NCBI GenBank assembly: GCA_043815805.1
Contig: JBDRIN010000004.1
Span: 1-32,000 of the forward strand
DNA: 32,000 bases
Source: an archaeon
GTDB lineage: Archaea; Nanobdellota; Nanobdellia; Woesearchaeales; JBDRIN01
Reading direction: 5' to 3'
The translations under genes were made by a program, and so were the position numbers. Below the pieces are notes generated by a model. The model did no database searches. It saw only the letters and a program-made list of their open reading frames with translations, and was not told the origin of the DNA. Below, piece by piece: positions 1 through 7,771 of this stretch (the stretch's first letter is position 1; the number at the start of each line of letters is the position of its first letter).

Positions 1-204
1 TTGCGCGGGGCTTGAGGAGGTCGTTTGGTTGCTGCGAGCGTTTACAGCTCATTACCCTCAGCGACTGTTGCTTTCCCAAGTCCCGCGCTCCCTTTGGAGT
101 CAACAGCCAGGCAAGACCTACAGGCTGGGTCTGGCTAGGAACCACATAAAGAGTGTTCATGATAGTTCGGCACTTGGATGCACGCAAAGAAGGAGGTTAG
201 CGCC

Positions 205-1020
205 ATGAGAACGTTCACAAAGACAGCCTTTGCCATCATCATCTTGCTGGCGACGCTGCTCTTGACATCAGGCTGCGCAGTGAAATCGATGCGCGGGCCC
301 CGGAGAGCGCCTCCAGACCTGAACCATTCCAGTCAGACCGACCTGATGGGATGGAAGCACGACCTGGTCGAGGCGATCGAACACAAGCAGAGGATATACA
401 TCTCCCCTGCCCAGCTTCAGGCATTGCATTGGAATGCTATGAAGGCCAGGTACGACATCGACGACGACATCGAGGTGTCAGAACTGGTTGCACTCGGCAC
501 CTACTCGGACAATGGTATGTGGCCCCACACCAAGTCCGAGATGATGTATTCTCTGGATGTGCTCTATCCGGAGAAGCTCACCAGGATAGACGAGGGCTAC
601 TGGATGCTCTACACTGTCGAGAAGATCTTCGATAGCTTCGACTACATGTTCGTTGAGATGGACGAAGTCCAGGAGCCAAGATACGCCACGCACCGTGAAG
701 ACGGCAGAGTAGCCTGGGATCGGGAAGTCAACGAGCCCAGCATGGTAGAGCAGAGGAGAGGGTATCGTGTTCCGTTCGCGCACAAGAGCCACCTCTACAG
801 CTTCAGACAGCGCTACGCGGTGTACTGTCCGGACTATCCAAACCCACCTGGCTTCTATTCGCTGGAGCTCGAGACCAAGCGGGGACCGACCAGGTATTTC
901 TGGCCGGAGAGGAGAAAGATCCGAGACAAACTCGCGGAGCTCAAGAAGAGGGGCGGGCTCACGCTGGAAGAAGGACAGACAGCAATCAAGTGGTTGAGAA
1001 ACCTGGTATCATCAATCTGA
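205..1020 (+). CDS. Putative lipoprotein, unknown function
   Basis: ORF track gives 178..1020. I prefer the ATG at 205 because it lies 9 nt after GAAGGAGG (188-195). The N-terminus MRTFTKTAFAIIILLATLLLTSG|C looks like a signal peptide plus lipobox-like cysteine. G/C-ending codons dominate. No family recognised. Confidence 0.6.
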   Translation: MRTFTKTAFAIIILLATLLLTSGCAVKSMRGPRRAPPDLNHSSQTDLMGWKHDLVEAIEHKQRIYISPAQLQALHWNAMKARYDIDDDIEVSELVALGTYSDNGMWPHTKSEMMYSLDVLYPEKLTRIDEGYWMLYTVEKIFDSFDYMFVEMDEVQEPRYATHREDGRVAWDREVNEPSMVEQRRGYRVPFAHKSHLYSFRQRYAVYCPDYPNPPGFYSLELETKRGPTRYFWPERRKIRDKLAELKKRGGLTLEEGQTAIKWLRNLVSSI

Positions 1021-1033
1021 AGGGAAAACGAAG

Positions 1034-1789
1034 ATGAAGAAGCTCATGATAGTTGCGATGGTGCTGTGCCTGGTGCCGACGATGATGCTCGCAGAGAGCA
1101 TCAACCCGCGCGATTTCACCGAGGGCCAGCTCCTGCTTCGGAGCGTCAACCGACAGCTCGAGGCTGCACGGGTCGAGACCCTGCGAGTCGTGATTCCTGA
1201 AGACGTCATCGAGGAGTGCTTCAACATCCTCGTGTTCTCCGGCGACTACGAGCAGGAAGCCACGTTCTACAAGAATCTCATACTCGGCGCGCACTTCGAG
1301 AGCGACATCCATGTCTGGCACTGGCTCATGCAGCTTCATCAGCTGCGGCTGGAGCAACTCACCAGAGTTGACAACGAGCTACTCTCGCAGCCCATAGCTC
1401 TGATACACATCGGCGAGATGGAGCTCCTGTTCTCTGAACTCAGCGCACAAATCAGGACGTGGCACGAGTACGCCGATCTGGTCATCGAGACCTTCGAGGA
1501 GGATTACCCTGGGAAATTCTACGGGTCTCAGTCTGCAAATGATGTCATGGCCAACTTCGAGAGAGAGCATCCTGAGTTCGCCCGCGACGCAATCTGGCCT
1601 GGACTTCGTGCGACGGAATTCGCGAGGTACCTCGACAGCGAAGGAAGTCGGAGCTGGATCGACGCCTTCGGACCCGAGGAGATCACGGCGAGAGCGGTCT
1701 ACGACGAGGTCAAGGATCAGACCTACATCACCCAGGACAAGGCGAAGACCTACATGATCAGCGTCTACCCGGACTTCCTCGTGTACTAG
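1034..1789 (+). CDS. Secreted protein, unknown function
   Basis: ORF track. N-terminus MKKLMIVAMVLCLVPTMMLA|E looks like a signal peptide. It starts 13 nt after the preceding stop, so it is probably co-transcribed. No family recognised. Confidence 0.55.
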   Translation: MKKLMIVAMVLCLVPTMMLAESINPRDFTEGQLLLRSVNRQLEAARVETLRVVIPEDVIEECFNILVFSGDYEQEATFYKNLILGAHFESDIHVWHWLMQLHQLRLEQLTRVDNELLSQPIALIHIGEMELLFSELSAQIRTWHEYADLVIETFEEDYPGKFYGSQSANDVMANFEREHPEFARDAIWPGLRATEFARYLDSEGSRSWIDAFGPEEITARAVYDEVKDQTYITQDKAKTYMISVYPDFLVY

Positions 1790-1921
1790 AACGGTTCACG
1801 GACGCGCGGGTGCATCGGAGCGCACACTGTGTGGCAGAGTCCATGTGGGGCATGCAGAGTGCGGTGTTATTTGGCACGATCCTTTGTGCCCGCGCAAACG
1901 AAACGCTATAAGGGGGTTCCC

Positions 1922-3067
1922 ATGTTTCATTTCCGGAGCAATATCCGGATTGGATTGATGATCATCATCATGGTGGCCATGGCAGTACCTGCGTTCGCGG
2001 AGAACAAAGCGCCGCTGGAGGTATGGGGGCACATGCTCTATGATGTCACCACCTTCCCGGCGGTCGATGACTCTCTGGGCATCTCAGACAAGGAGGTCTC
2101 AAGAGCAAGACAGCTGCAGTTCGGGATTAAGCAGGATCTCGGCGGCGGCATGATGACCAGCATCGCGGTGGACGTCGCCGGCGGCAACATAGCTGTGATG
2201 GATGCCTACCTCAAGAGGAAGGACATCTACGCTGGCTGGGACCTCAGGTTCGGGCACACTGTCGAACCAGGACCGCTCACTTCGTGGATCCCTCCGAAGA
2301 GCATGGCATGCCTGGAGCGAGCGTCGATCGACGCTTTCTTCGCCGGGATGAACGTCGGGTTCCTGGCTGAGAAGTCAACGCCGCATACGGCACTCGCCGT
2401 GGGTATCTTCAGGGACACTGACAGATATCTCAAAGGCGAGGGCAAGACCGGCGGGCTGAGCGGGAGGTACACTCACATCATCGGCGAGGATGCTTCCTCC
2501 CGGCTGATCCATCTTGGGGCCTGGGGTTCACTTAGGAATCCTGAGAGCGTCCAGTTCCAGGCGAAGCCTGAAGTGAGCGGCTGTGAGCCGATCTTTGAGA
2601 CTGCTGAAGTGCCGACTTCGAGGACCTTCACGTCTGGTGTCGAGTTCGCTGGTGTCCGTGGACAGACCCACTTTGCGGTGGAATACGTCCAGGTGGATGT
2701 CGACGGCGACTACGAAGCCGAAGCCTGGGGCTACTACACTCAGGTCGGGTATTTCTTCAATCATGGGAAATACCGGCTGTACGATAAGGATAAGGGGATC
2801 TGGCAGCAGGTCGAGCTCGAGGAAGGCGAAAGCGCATTGGAGCTTGTTGCCAGGTTCTCCAGGATTGACCTCGGCGACTTCGAGTCAGGGGGCGAGCTCG
2901 CAAGCTACAACCTTGGCCTAAACTGGTACCTGAACAGCCAGGTCAAGATCATGCTGAACGCCACTAACTTCGAGGCCTTCGACGCCTGCGGAGACAATAT
3001 CGGCGACGGCACTGCTTTGAGTGCACGGTTGCAGGTGCAGTTTTCAGAGAAGTTGTACGGGAAGTAA
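1922..3067 (+). CDS. OprO/OprP-family (Porin_O_P type) outer-membrane beta-barrel porin
   Basis: ORF track gives 1829..3067 from a GTG. I prefer the ATG at 1922, preceded by AAGGGGG, which gives the signal peptide MFHFRSNIRIGLMIIIMVAMAVPAFA|E. Family-typical blocks are SRARQLQFG, VMDAYLK...LRFGHTVEP...LERA, GVEFAG...AVEY, ELVARFSRIDLGD and YNLGLNWYLNSQVKIMLN. A beta-signal-like ...RLQVQF lies near the C-terminus. Confidence 0.75.
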   Translation: MFHFRSNIRIGLMIIIMVAMAVPAFAENKAPLEVWGHMLYDVTTFPAVDDSLGISDKEVSRARQLQFGIKQDLGGGMMTSIAVDVAGGNIAVMDAYLKRKDIYAGWDLRFGHTVEPGPLTSWIPPKSMACLERASIDAFFAGMNVGFLAEKSTPHTALAVGIFRDTDRYLKGEGKTGGLSGRYTHIIGEDASSRLIHLGAWGSLRNPESVQFQAKPEVSGCEPIFETAEVPTSRTFTSGVEFAGVRGQTHFAVEYVQVDVDGDYEAEAWGYYTQVGYFFNHGKYRLYDKDKGIWQQVELEEGESALELVARFSRIDLGDFESGGELASYNLGLNWYLNSQVKIMLNATNFEAFDACGDNIGDGTALSARLQVQFSEKLYGK

Positions 3068-3310
3068 CAGAACGTGAGGTGGACGCGGTCGTAGGAGGCC
3101 ATGACAAGGTCGCTAAATACCATCGGCGCCTTGGTCTCGCTTGTTGGCCGCGTCCCCTCCGCTGAGAACGGAAGAGGATTACGCATCCAAGGAGAAGCAT
3201 CAGAAAAAAAGAATCCCTAGTTAGGGATAGAAAGTGAGGTGAACCTGAAACAAGACTTGGGTTGAATCATTGTTGAGTCACTCCTGGCTTTCCAAGAGAA
3301 AGGCAGACCA

Positions 3311-5416
3311 ATGCAGCCAGATGCTTTCCAAGCGCATCCTGTGACCTTCCCACGAGAACCTTTGTGGGAGAGGAACATCAGGAAGAAGGATCGGTTGCGG
3401 ATCGTCAACGAAGGTGACTTTCCGCGTGACGCACTCCTGGCAGGAATTGGAGTTGGCCAGTCACCGCTCAAGGATACCTTTGGCATCACGGACCCGGACG
3501 AGATCCGTCATCGGAACGGTCTTATGTGGTGGCTGTTCGAGAACCCTCAGGCCTGCAGGTGGATCAAGGCGGCCGATAAGGAAAGGCGGCCCCTGCCGGT
3601 CACGCAAGAAGAGTTCCTCAAGTACTTCGACCGCAGGAGGACGCACAATCCTCACTGGACCGCGGTTCACAAGTTCATCGAGATCTGCGATGCAGCCGGG
3701 AAGCTTCCACCACGGCTCCGTACTATGGTCAACACGTTGAAGGCCAGCCTGCCTCTCGAAGGAGACGAGCAGCGGATGGCCGACTTCCTGTCTGACCAGA
3801 TTGTGAACATCACGGTCATCGAGGGTCTTCTCGAGTTCACGATCAAGATGGACACTGAGTGGGACCATCGAGGTGAAGGAAGGGGAAAGATCCAGGGCCT
3901 CGAGGATATCAACCTGGTCGAGGATACGATGCGTGTCTGGGGTCACAGCATGTACTCCTACGCGCTCAGCGAGACCGCGCTGGTGACGTACCCCGACTGG
4001 GCCAAGAAGGGTAAGTGGAACCCGGTCAACTGGATAGGTCTGGGCTGGTTCGTGCGACGCAAGATCAAGAAGGAGAACGCGGCGCGCAGAGCGGCGGCCT
4101 ACAAGGAGACCGTCATCACCCACTTGGACGGTGGTCTGGCAATAGAAGTCGAGAGAGGGGTGCTCCAGCGGCTCAAGCAGATCGCTTGGATGAAGATGTA
4201 TCCCAAGGACAAGGTGAGGTTCCAGGGCGCCACGGCCAAGGTCTACTTCTCTTACTCCAAGGAAGGCCTCTGGATCCACATCTATGGGATTGAGCCGGCT
4301 CCCTCAGCTTCGAAAACCATGTTCACCTACGGCATGTACGCGGGCTACTCTGAGAGTCGCAGGGTCGTCATCGCGAGCGGCCAGGCCGACTTCCAGAAGG
4401 AGCTTTCGTCGTACAACGACGAGATGGAACGCGCAGGCATCCGTCTGATGATCCGGGAACATGATCAAGGGCTTCCGGAGAATCAGAAGATGACGCTCCG
4501 GGACGAGTGGGCTGATCTTGTCCCTGTGGGCGAGACACCTCCGGATGCGCGTCAGATGCTCTTCCGCCAGAGCTTCAGGATACCATCTCCGGCGACGGAC
4601 AGGAAGTACCGCTGGTTCGCGCTCAGCAACCTCTACCAGGGACCTGTGCTACACGAAGTCTACGAGGCTACGAGGCGGCACCGGATCTGGTTCGAGCGTC
4701 AGCTGAATCTCCTCAAGATGGTCGCGGACCTGGCAGACGGCCAGCGCGAAACCGCCCTGAAGATCGGCTCTCCGCTTTCAAGGCCAAGGCTGGCTACGAA
4801 TGGCGAGCAGGTTGTTTCGTTCGACGAGATCTACCCCATGCACCTCATCTCCACTCTCGGCGGACGGAGGCCTGTCCCGATTAGGGAACTGCCTGTAATC
4901 AACGGACAGATGATCGGATTCACAGGCTACCACGGCGGCGGCAAGAGCGTGGCCGAGTTGAGCGTCACCGACCACATCTACATCGTCCAGAGCGGTCTGC
5001 TGGCCTTCGGCACGGGTTGGGTTTCTAACCCCAAGAAGATGATCGGTCTGGTCTTCATCGAGCGCGGCGATGGCTCGACGTTCCAGCTCCTGCTGCAGAA
5101 GATCACGAACGTCCTGCTGGAAAGCAGGCACTACCATCCGAGCGAGGTGATGGTCATCCTGGACGAGTTGGGCACCGGTACCCAGGAAGCATCCGGTCTT
5201 GATGTCGGAAAGGATGTTCTGGCGAAGCTGCAGAGGATGGGTATACCCACTCTCTTCAGCACCCAGATCACAGACCTCGCGACGTTCGCGGAGGACGAAC
5301 TCGGAGCGCAGTGCTTCAAGTTCGACCGACACCACGGCATCACGCCAGGTATCGGTGACGGCGGGGCGAAGGACCTGATGAAGCGTATGGGTCTTGCACG
5401 TCTCGTTGCCAACTAG
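3311..5416 (+). CDS. MutS-related ATPase (MutS core-like N-terminal region plus MutS domain V ABC-type ATPase); no mismatch-binding or nuclease domain evident
   Basis: Walker A is GYHGGGKS and Walker B is VMVILDELGTGT. A GDGSTF block sits where MutS has STF, and LFSTQITDL sits where MutS has (F/A)THxxEL. The N-terminal ITDPDEIRHRNGLMWWLFENP resembles the MutS core-domain 'I..R.d.V..L..n' helix. Confidence 0.7.
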   Translation: MQPDAFQAHPVTFPREPLWERNIRKKDRLRIVNEGDFPRDALLAGIGVGQSPLKDTFGITDPDEIRHRNGLMWWLFENPQACRWIKAADKERRPLPVTQEEFLKYFDRRRTHNPHWTAVHKFIEICDAAGKLPPRLRTMVNTLKASLPLEGDEQRMADFLSDQIVNITVIEGLLEFTIKMDTEWDHRGEGRGKIQGLEDINLVEDTMRVWGHSMYSYALSETALVTYPDWAKKGKWNPVNWIGLGWFVRRKIKKENAARRAAAYKETVITHLDGGLAIEVERGVLQRLKQIAWMKMYPKDKVRFQGATAKVYFSYSKEGLWIHIYGIEPAPSASKTMFTYGMYAGYSESRRVVIASGQADFQKELSSYNDEMERAGIRLMIREHDQGLPENQKMTLRDEWADLVPVGETPPDARQMLFRQSFRIPSPATDRKYRWFALSNLYQGPVLHEVYEATRRHRIWFERQLNLLKMVADLADGQRETALKIGSPLSRPRLATNGEQVVSFDEIYPMHLISTLGGRRPVPIRELPVINGQMIGFTGYHGGGKSVAELSVTDHIYIVQSGLLAFGTGWVSNPKKMIGLVFIERGDGSTFQLLLQKITNVLLESRHYHPSEVMVILDELGTGTQEASGLDVGKDVLAKLQRMGIPTLFSTQITDLATFAEDELGAQCFKFDRHHGITPGIGDGGAKDLMKRMGLARLVAN

Positions 5417-5662
5417 TTCGACGAGGAACCGGGGGCTGGTATGATTTGCATGAGCGAGTTGTGCTAGCCCCTTTCCTCACCTGACTTTAGAATCATGAGC
5501 CATTGTTTGGCTGAAGGCATAAAGAGTGACAGATGGATGACAACTTGGATGACATCTAATTCCATGCGAAGCAAGCAGTAGCACATCGAAAGACTGCCGT
5601 AATCATGGCAGCAGAAAGGAGAACATCCAAACCAGGCTTGGGTGTTGTTATACTTTCTACTC

Positions 5663-5761
5663 GTAGAACAAAACGGAGGTGCTCCCTGCAGGAGATGCTG
5701 GACCCATTTCTGGCATCGCTCGTCCTGCAGGGACCCTCCCGCGGGAGGAAACCTCTACCAG
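5663..5761 (+). repeat. Copy A of a conserved structured ~100-nt element (candidate cis-regulatory RNA or sRNA)
   Basis: The element reads GTAGAACA..GGAGGT(P1)..CTCCCTGCAGG(P2)..hairpin..CCTGCAGGGA(P2')..CCTCCCGCGGGAGG(P3)..ACCTCT(P1')..ACCAG. It ends 30 nt before ATG 5792. Confidence 0.55.
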
Positions 5762-5791
5762 TTTTTCGCCATAAGGCGAGGAGTGTAACAG

Positions 5792-6589
5792 ATGCGAAAG
5801 TACACATTGGTTTTGGTCCTGGTGCTCATCGCGATGATGGTGGGGATGGCTTCTGCCTATCCTCTCCTCATTCCAAGGAAGGCTGTGGGAGATCCTGCAG
5901 ATGAGGGGTACGAGAGGTTCGAGGAGGCCTGGGATCGGCTCTACTATGCTGCCACAGACCACTACCGCTATGTTCCAAGGGTTGACGAGCGGCTGAACGC
6001 GTTCAACTACATCAACGACAGGCCGTTGGACGAGCAGGCCAAGTACAACATACTCCGCGTGCAGGGCCATATCGCCAACACGGCGGTGATGAGTCGCCTG
6101 TTCGAAGTTGTCGGCAATCTCTGGCTCGAAGAGCTGCGCGAGGTCGAGAACCCGGTCAAACGCAAGAGCATGTTCTATAGTCGCTTCTGCGACCAACTCC
6201 CCGTGCTCTTCAGAATCCTGAACGGGGACATTGAGCGGGCGCAAAAGTTCCTTGGACGGAACAAGCACATCAAGGCCGACAGTGAGTCCAACGGAGTCAG
6301 GATCTACCCCGGCTGGTACGACGACGACTTGCCGGAGATTATGGATAGCTGGAACACGCGCGCGGGGGTGTGGAGTCGCAACAAGCGTGTCTGGGATGGT
6401 TTCCTACTTCCTGAGATCAATGCCTGCGACGACATGAGGGACGCGCTCGTGAAGTACGACGATCTCAGCATGGAGGAAGCGTACGCGTTGCTGGACAGGT
6501 ACTTCGGCATTGCATACGGTCCGGACGACGGCGGCTTGGTCTTCTTGCCGTACACGCCGCGGGAAGAGTTGCGGTCGAGGACCGAGTGA
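5792..6589 (+). CDS. Secreted protein, unknown function
   Basis: ORF track. GAGGAG lies upstream. The signal peptide is MRKYTLVLVLVLIAMMVGMASA|YP. The sequence is rich in aromatic and acidic residues. No family recognised. Confidence 0.55.
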   Translation: MRKYTLVLVLVLIAMMVGMASAYPLLIPRKAVGDPADEGYERFEEAWDRLYYAATDHYRYVPRVDERLNAFNYINDRPLDEQAKYNILRVQGHIANTAVMSRLFEVVGNLWLEELREVENPVKRKSMFYSRFCDQLPVLFRILNGDIERAQKFLGRNKHIKADSESNGVRIYPGWYDDDLPEIMDSWNTRAGVWSRNKRVWDGFLLPEINACDDMRDALVKYDDLSMEEAYALLDRYFGIAYGPDDGGLVFLPYTPREELRSRTE

Positions 6590-6600
6590 TCGACGGAGAA

Positions 6601-6706
6601 GTAGAACAGTGGAGGCTCCCTGCGGGGACGGTACTGACGGTGTTAAGGGGGACCCTGATGTACTTAGTTCCTGCAGGGACCTCCCACGGGAGGTTAGCCT
6701 CAACAG
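6601..6706 (+). repeat. Copy B of the same structured element
   Basis: The element reads GTAGAACA..GGAGGCT(P1)..CTCCCTGCGGG(P2)..CCTGCAGGGA(P2')..CCTCCCACGGGAGG(P3)..AGCCTC(P1')..AACAG. It starts 12 nt after the stop at 6589. A further GGAGGTAGAACA occurs at 6719-6730. Confidence 0.55.
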
Positions 6707-6835
6707 AGTTCGAAGATCGGAGGTAGAACAACACAACGTCCTAGCCGCGGCGGCAGTCTGACAACGCTGCTCAACAACGGTCTGGCTGGGAACCGGATTC
6801 GTTTAGAAGTAGCCGCGGTATAGGATAGGCCCAAA

Positions 6836-6882
6836 GGAAGAGGCGTAGGTTCGCCAGAAGTAATCCGCCTGTGCCTCTTTCC
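6836..6882 (+). repeat. GGAAGAGGC...GCCTCTTTCC hairpin upstream of ORF 6918
   Basis: It has a 9-bp stem with one bulged T and a 28-nt loop. It is related in sequence to 7608-7659 and, at its 5' arm, to 9901-9942. Confidence 0.45.
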
Positions 6883-6917
6883 TAGGGCTCGGACATATTC
6901 CCCTGGAGGAAAAGGTT

Positions 6918-7145
6918 ATGGTAAAGAAACGCGGTGGTGAGGCTCCCCTGCCAAGATACACCAGAGGTGCTGCCCTGAACAAGGCTGCAAGTCCCAGCTA
7001 CAAGTACAAGCTCACCAAGAGCACTCGGGCTGGTGTCGAGGAGTGGGAGAAGGATCCAAACCAGGATCCGAACAAGCTCATGCACCAGATTACTGCGAGT
7101 GCGGTGGCGAGGGAGTTCGGCTGGGTGATCATCGAGGACGAATAG
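6918..7145 (+). CDS. Small soluble protein (75 aa), unknown function
   Basis: ORF track. GGAGGA lies 7 nt upstream. Third codon positions are mostly G/C by hand count (about two thirds), consistent with coding in this GC-rich segment. Confidence 0.45.
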   Translation: MVKKRGGEAPLPRYTRGAALNKAASPSYKYKLTKSTRAGVEEWEKDPNQDPNKLMHQITASAVAREFGWVIIEDE

Positions 7146-7158
7146 GAGGGACTCGAAT

Positions 7159-7428
7159 ATGCGTTTCACAGTTGTTACACTGGGAGTTCTGGCAGTCGTC
7201 GTGGCCCTGGCTTTCTTCTTTGGTCCCAGCGGGAGGGAGGCGGCTGCTTCGGACAACTTCTTCGCAGGCAACGTGTGGGTTGTCTGTTTCGCCTGGCTCG
7301 GGATAGTAGCCATGATAGCCTCGACAGGCAGGAACTTCGGACTGGGCGATAGGATCATCCGCTGTGCGGCCAGGTTCGCGTCTGGGATGTGCGGCGTCTT
7401 TGCCCTGGGGTGGTTCATGACACCGTAG
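7159..7428 (+). CDS. Small integral membrane protein (about 3 TM segments)
   Basis: ORF track. AGGAGGG lies upstream and the gene starts 13 nt after the previous stop. Hydrophobic segments are VVTLGVLAVVVALAFFF, VWVVCFAWLGIVAMIA and GMCGVFALGWF. Confidence 0.5.
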   Translation: MRFTVVTLGVLAVVVALAFFFGPSGREAAASDNFFAGNVWVVCFAWLGIVAMIASTGRNFGLGDRIIRCAARFASGMCGVFALGWFMTP

Positions 7429-7607
7429 GGCTTCGTAGGAACTAGGGTCCGTGGCCCTAGAGGTGCTGGCTGCTTTTGAGCCAGCTGTTGGAAGCGTTCT
7501 AGTTGGGAGGGACGCTATGTGCACTGCTGTCCTTGGTCTGAAGTTGGGCTTCCGAGCAAATCAAGATATCAGGCGCACGGGAGCTATGAGGCTAAGGATA
7601 GTCCTAT

Positions 7608-7659
7608 GGAGAAGGGCGTGGGTAGTTTTTGTTGGGCTGAATGCCTGCGCCTCTTCTCC
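7608..7659 (+). repeat. GGAGAAGGGCG...CGCCTCTTCTCC hairpin upstream of the TPR lipoprotein gene
   Basis: It has an 11-bp stem with one bulged T. The flanks (CCTGCGCCTCTTCTCCTGGGG) parallel those at 6868-6887 (CCTGTGCCTCTTTCCTAGGG). Confidence 0.45.
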
Positions 7660-7771
7660 TGGGGTTTTGGAGTACCCTAACTCGGAAACAAGGTCTGGCT
7701 TGTAAGCTAGACTTCTTGATAGATTACATGAGTGTAACTCAGGATCCAAAGACAAACGAAAGGAGCTAAAG

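Noticed and set aside
46-56. The 11-mer AGCTCATTACC in the GC-rich block matches the minus strand of the 21303-21327 tail element
   Set aside because: It is a single short match with no flanking similarity or hairpin. This is within what chance allows given how many comparisons I made by eye.
1872-1889. Sigma-54-like promoter (TGGCACG-N4-TTTG) upstream of the porin gene
   Set aside because: The -24 half is perfect, but the near-invariant GC of the -12 element is not at the required GG-N10-GC spacing (TG is there instead). The implied start site would fall inside the SD.
3461-4279. A 272-aa minus-strand ORF and other long alternative-frame ORFs across 239-9686
   Set aside because: These are typical open off-frames of GC-rich coding DNA. 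They are Arg/Pro/Ser/Gly-rich, lack SD sites, and overlap better-supported + strand genes with G/C-biased third positions.
5663-6706. The structured repeats as integron attC sites or as a known riboswitch class
   Set aside because: No RYYYAAC / GTTRRRY core sites are present (GTTAGCC in copy B fails the consensus and copy A has none). There is no intI and the spacers are too long for cassettes. The P3 loops (CGCG and CACG) are not the ACGR loops of guanidine-II. I saw no match to c-di-GMP, ZTP, fluoride or SAM consensus blocks.
6703-6722. GAGTTCGAAGATCGG resembling a tRNA T-loop
   Set aside because: The flanks do not form a T-stem and no acceptor or anticodon arms can be drawn. I found no tRNA or rRNA gene anywhere in the window.
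7442-7485. CTAGGGTCCG... resemblance to the ykkC/guanidine-I 5' consensus; two hairpins after ORF 7159-7428
   Set aside because: Only about 8 nt resemble the consensus and the rest of the ykkC core (GGGA...CCGGGAGA blocks) is absent. The hairpins (CTAGGG/CCCTAG and GCTGGCT/AGCCAGC) are real, but no U-tract follows them, so I do not call a terminator or riboswitch.
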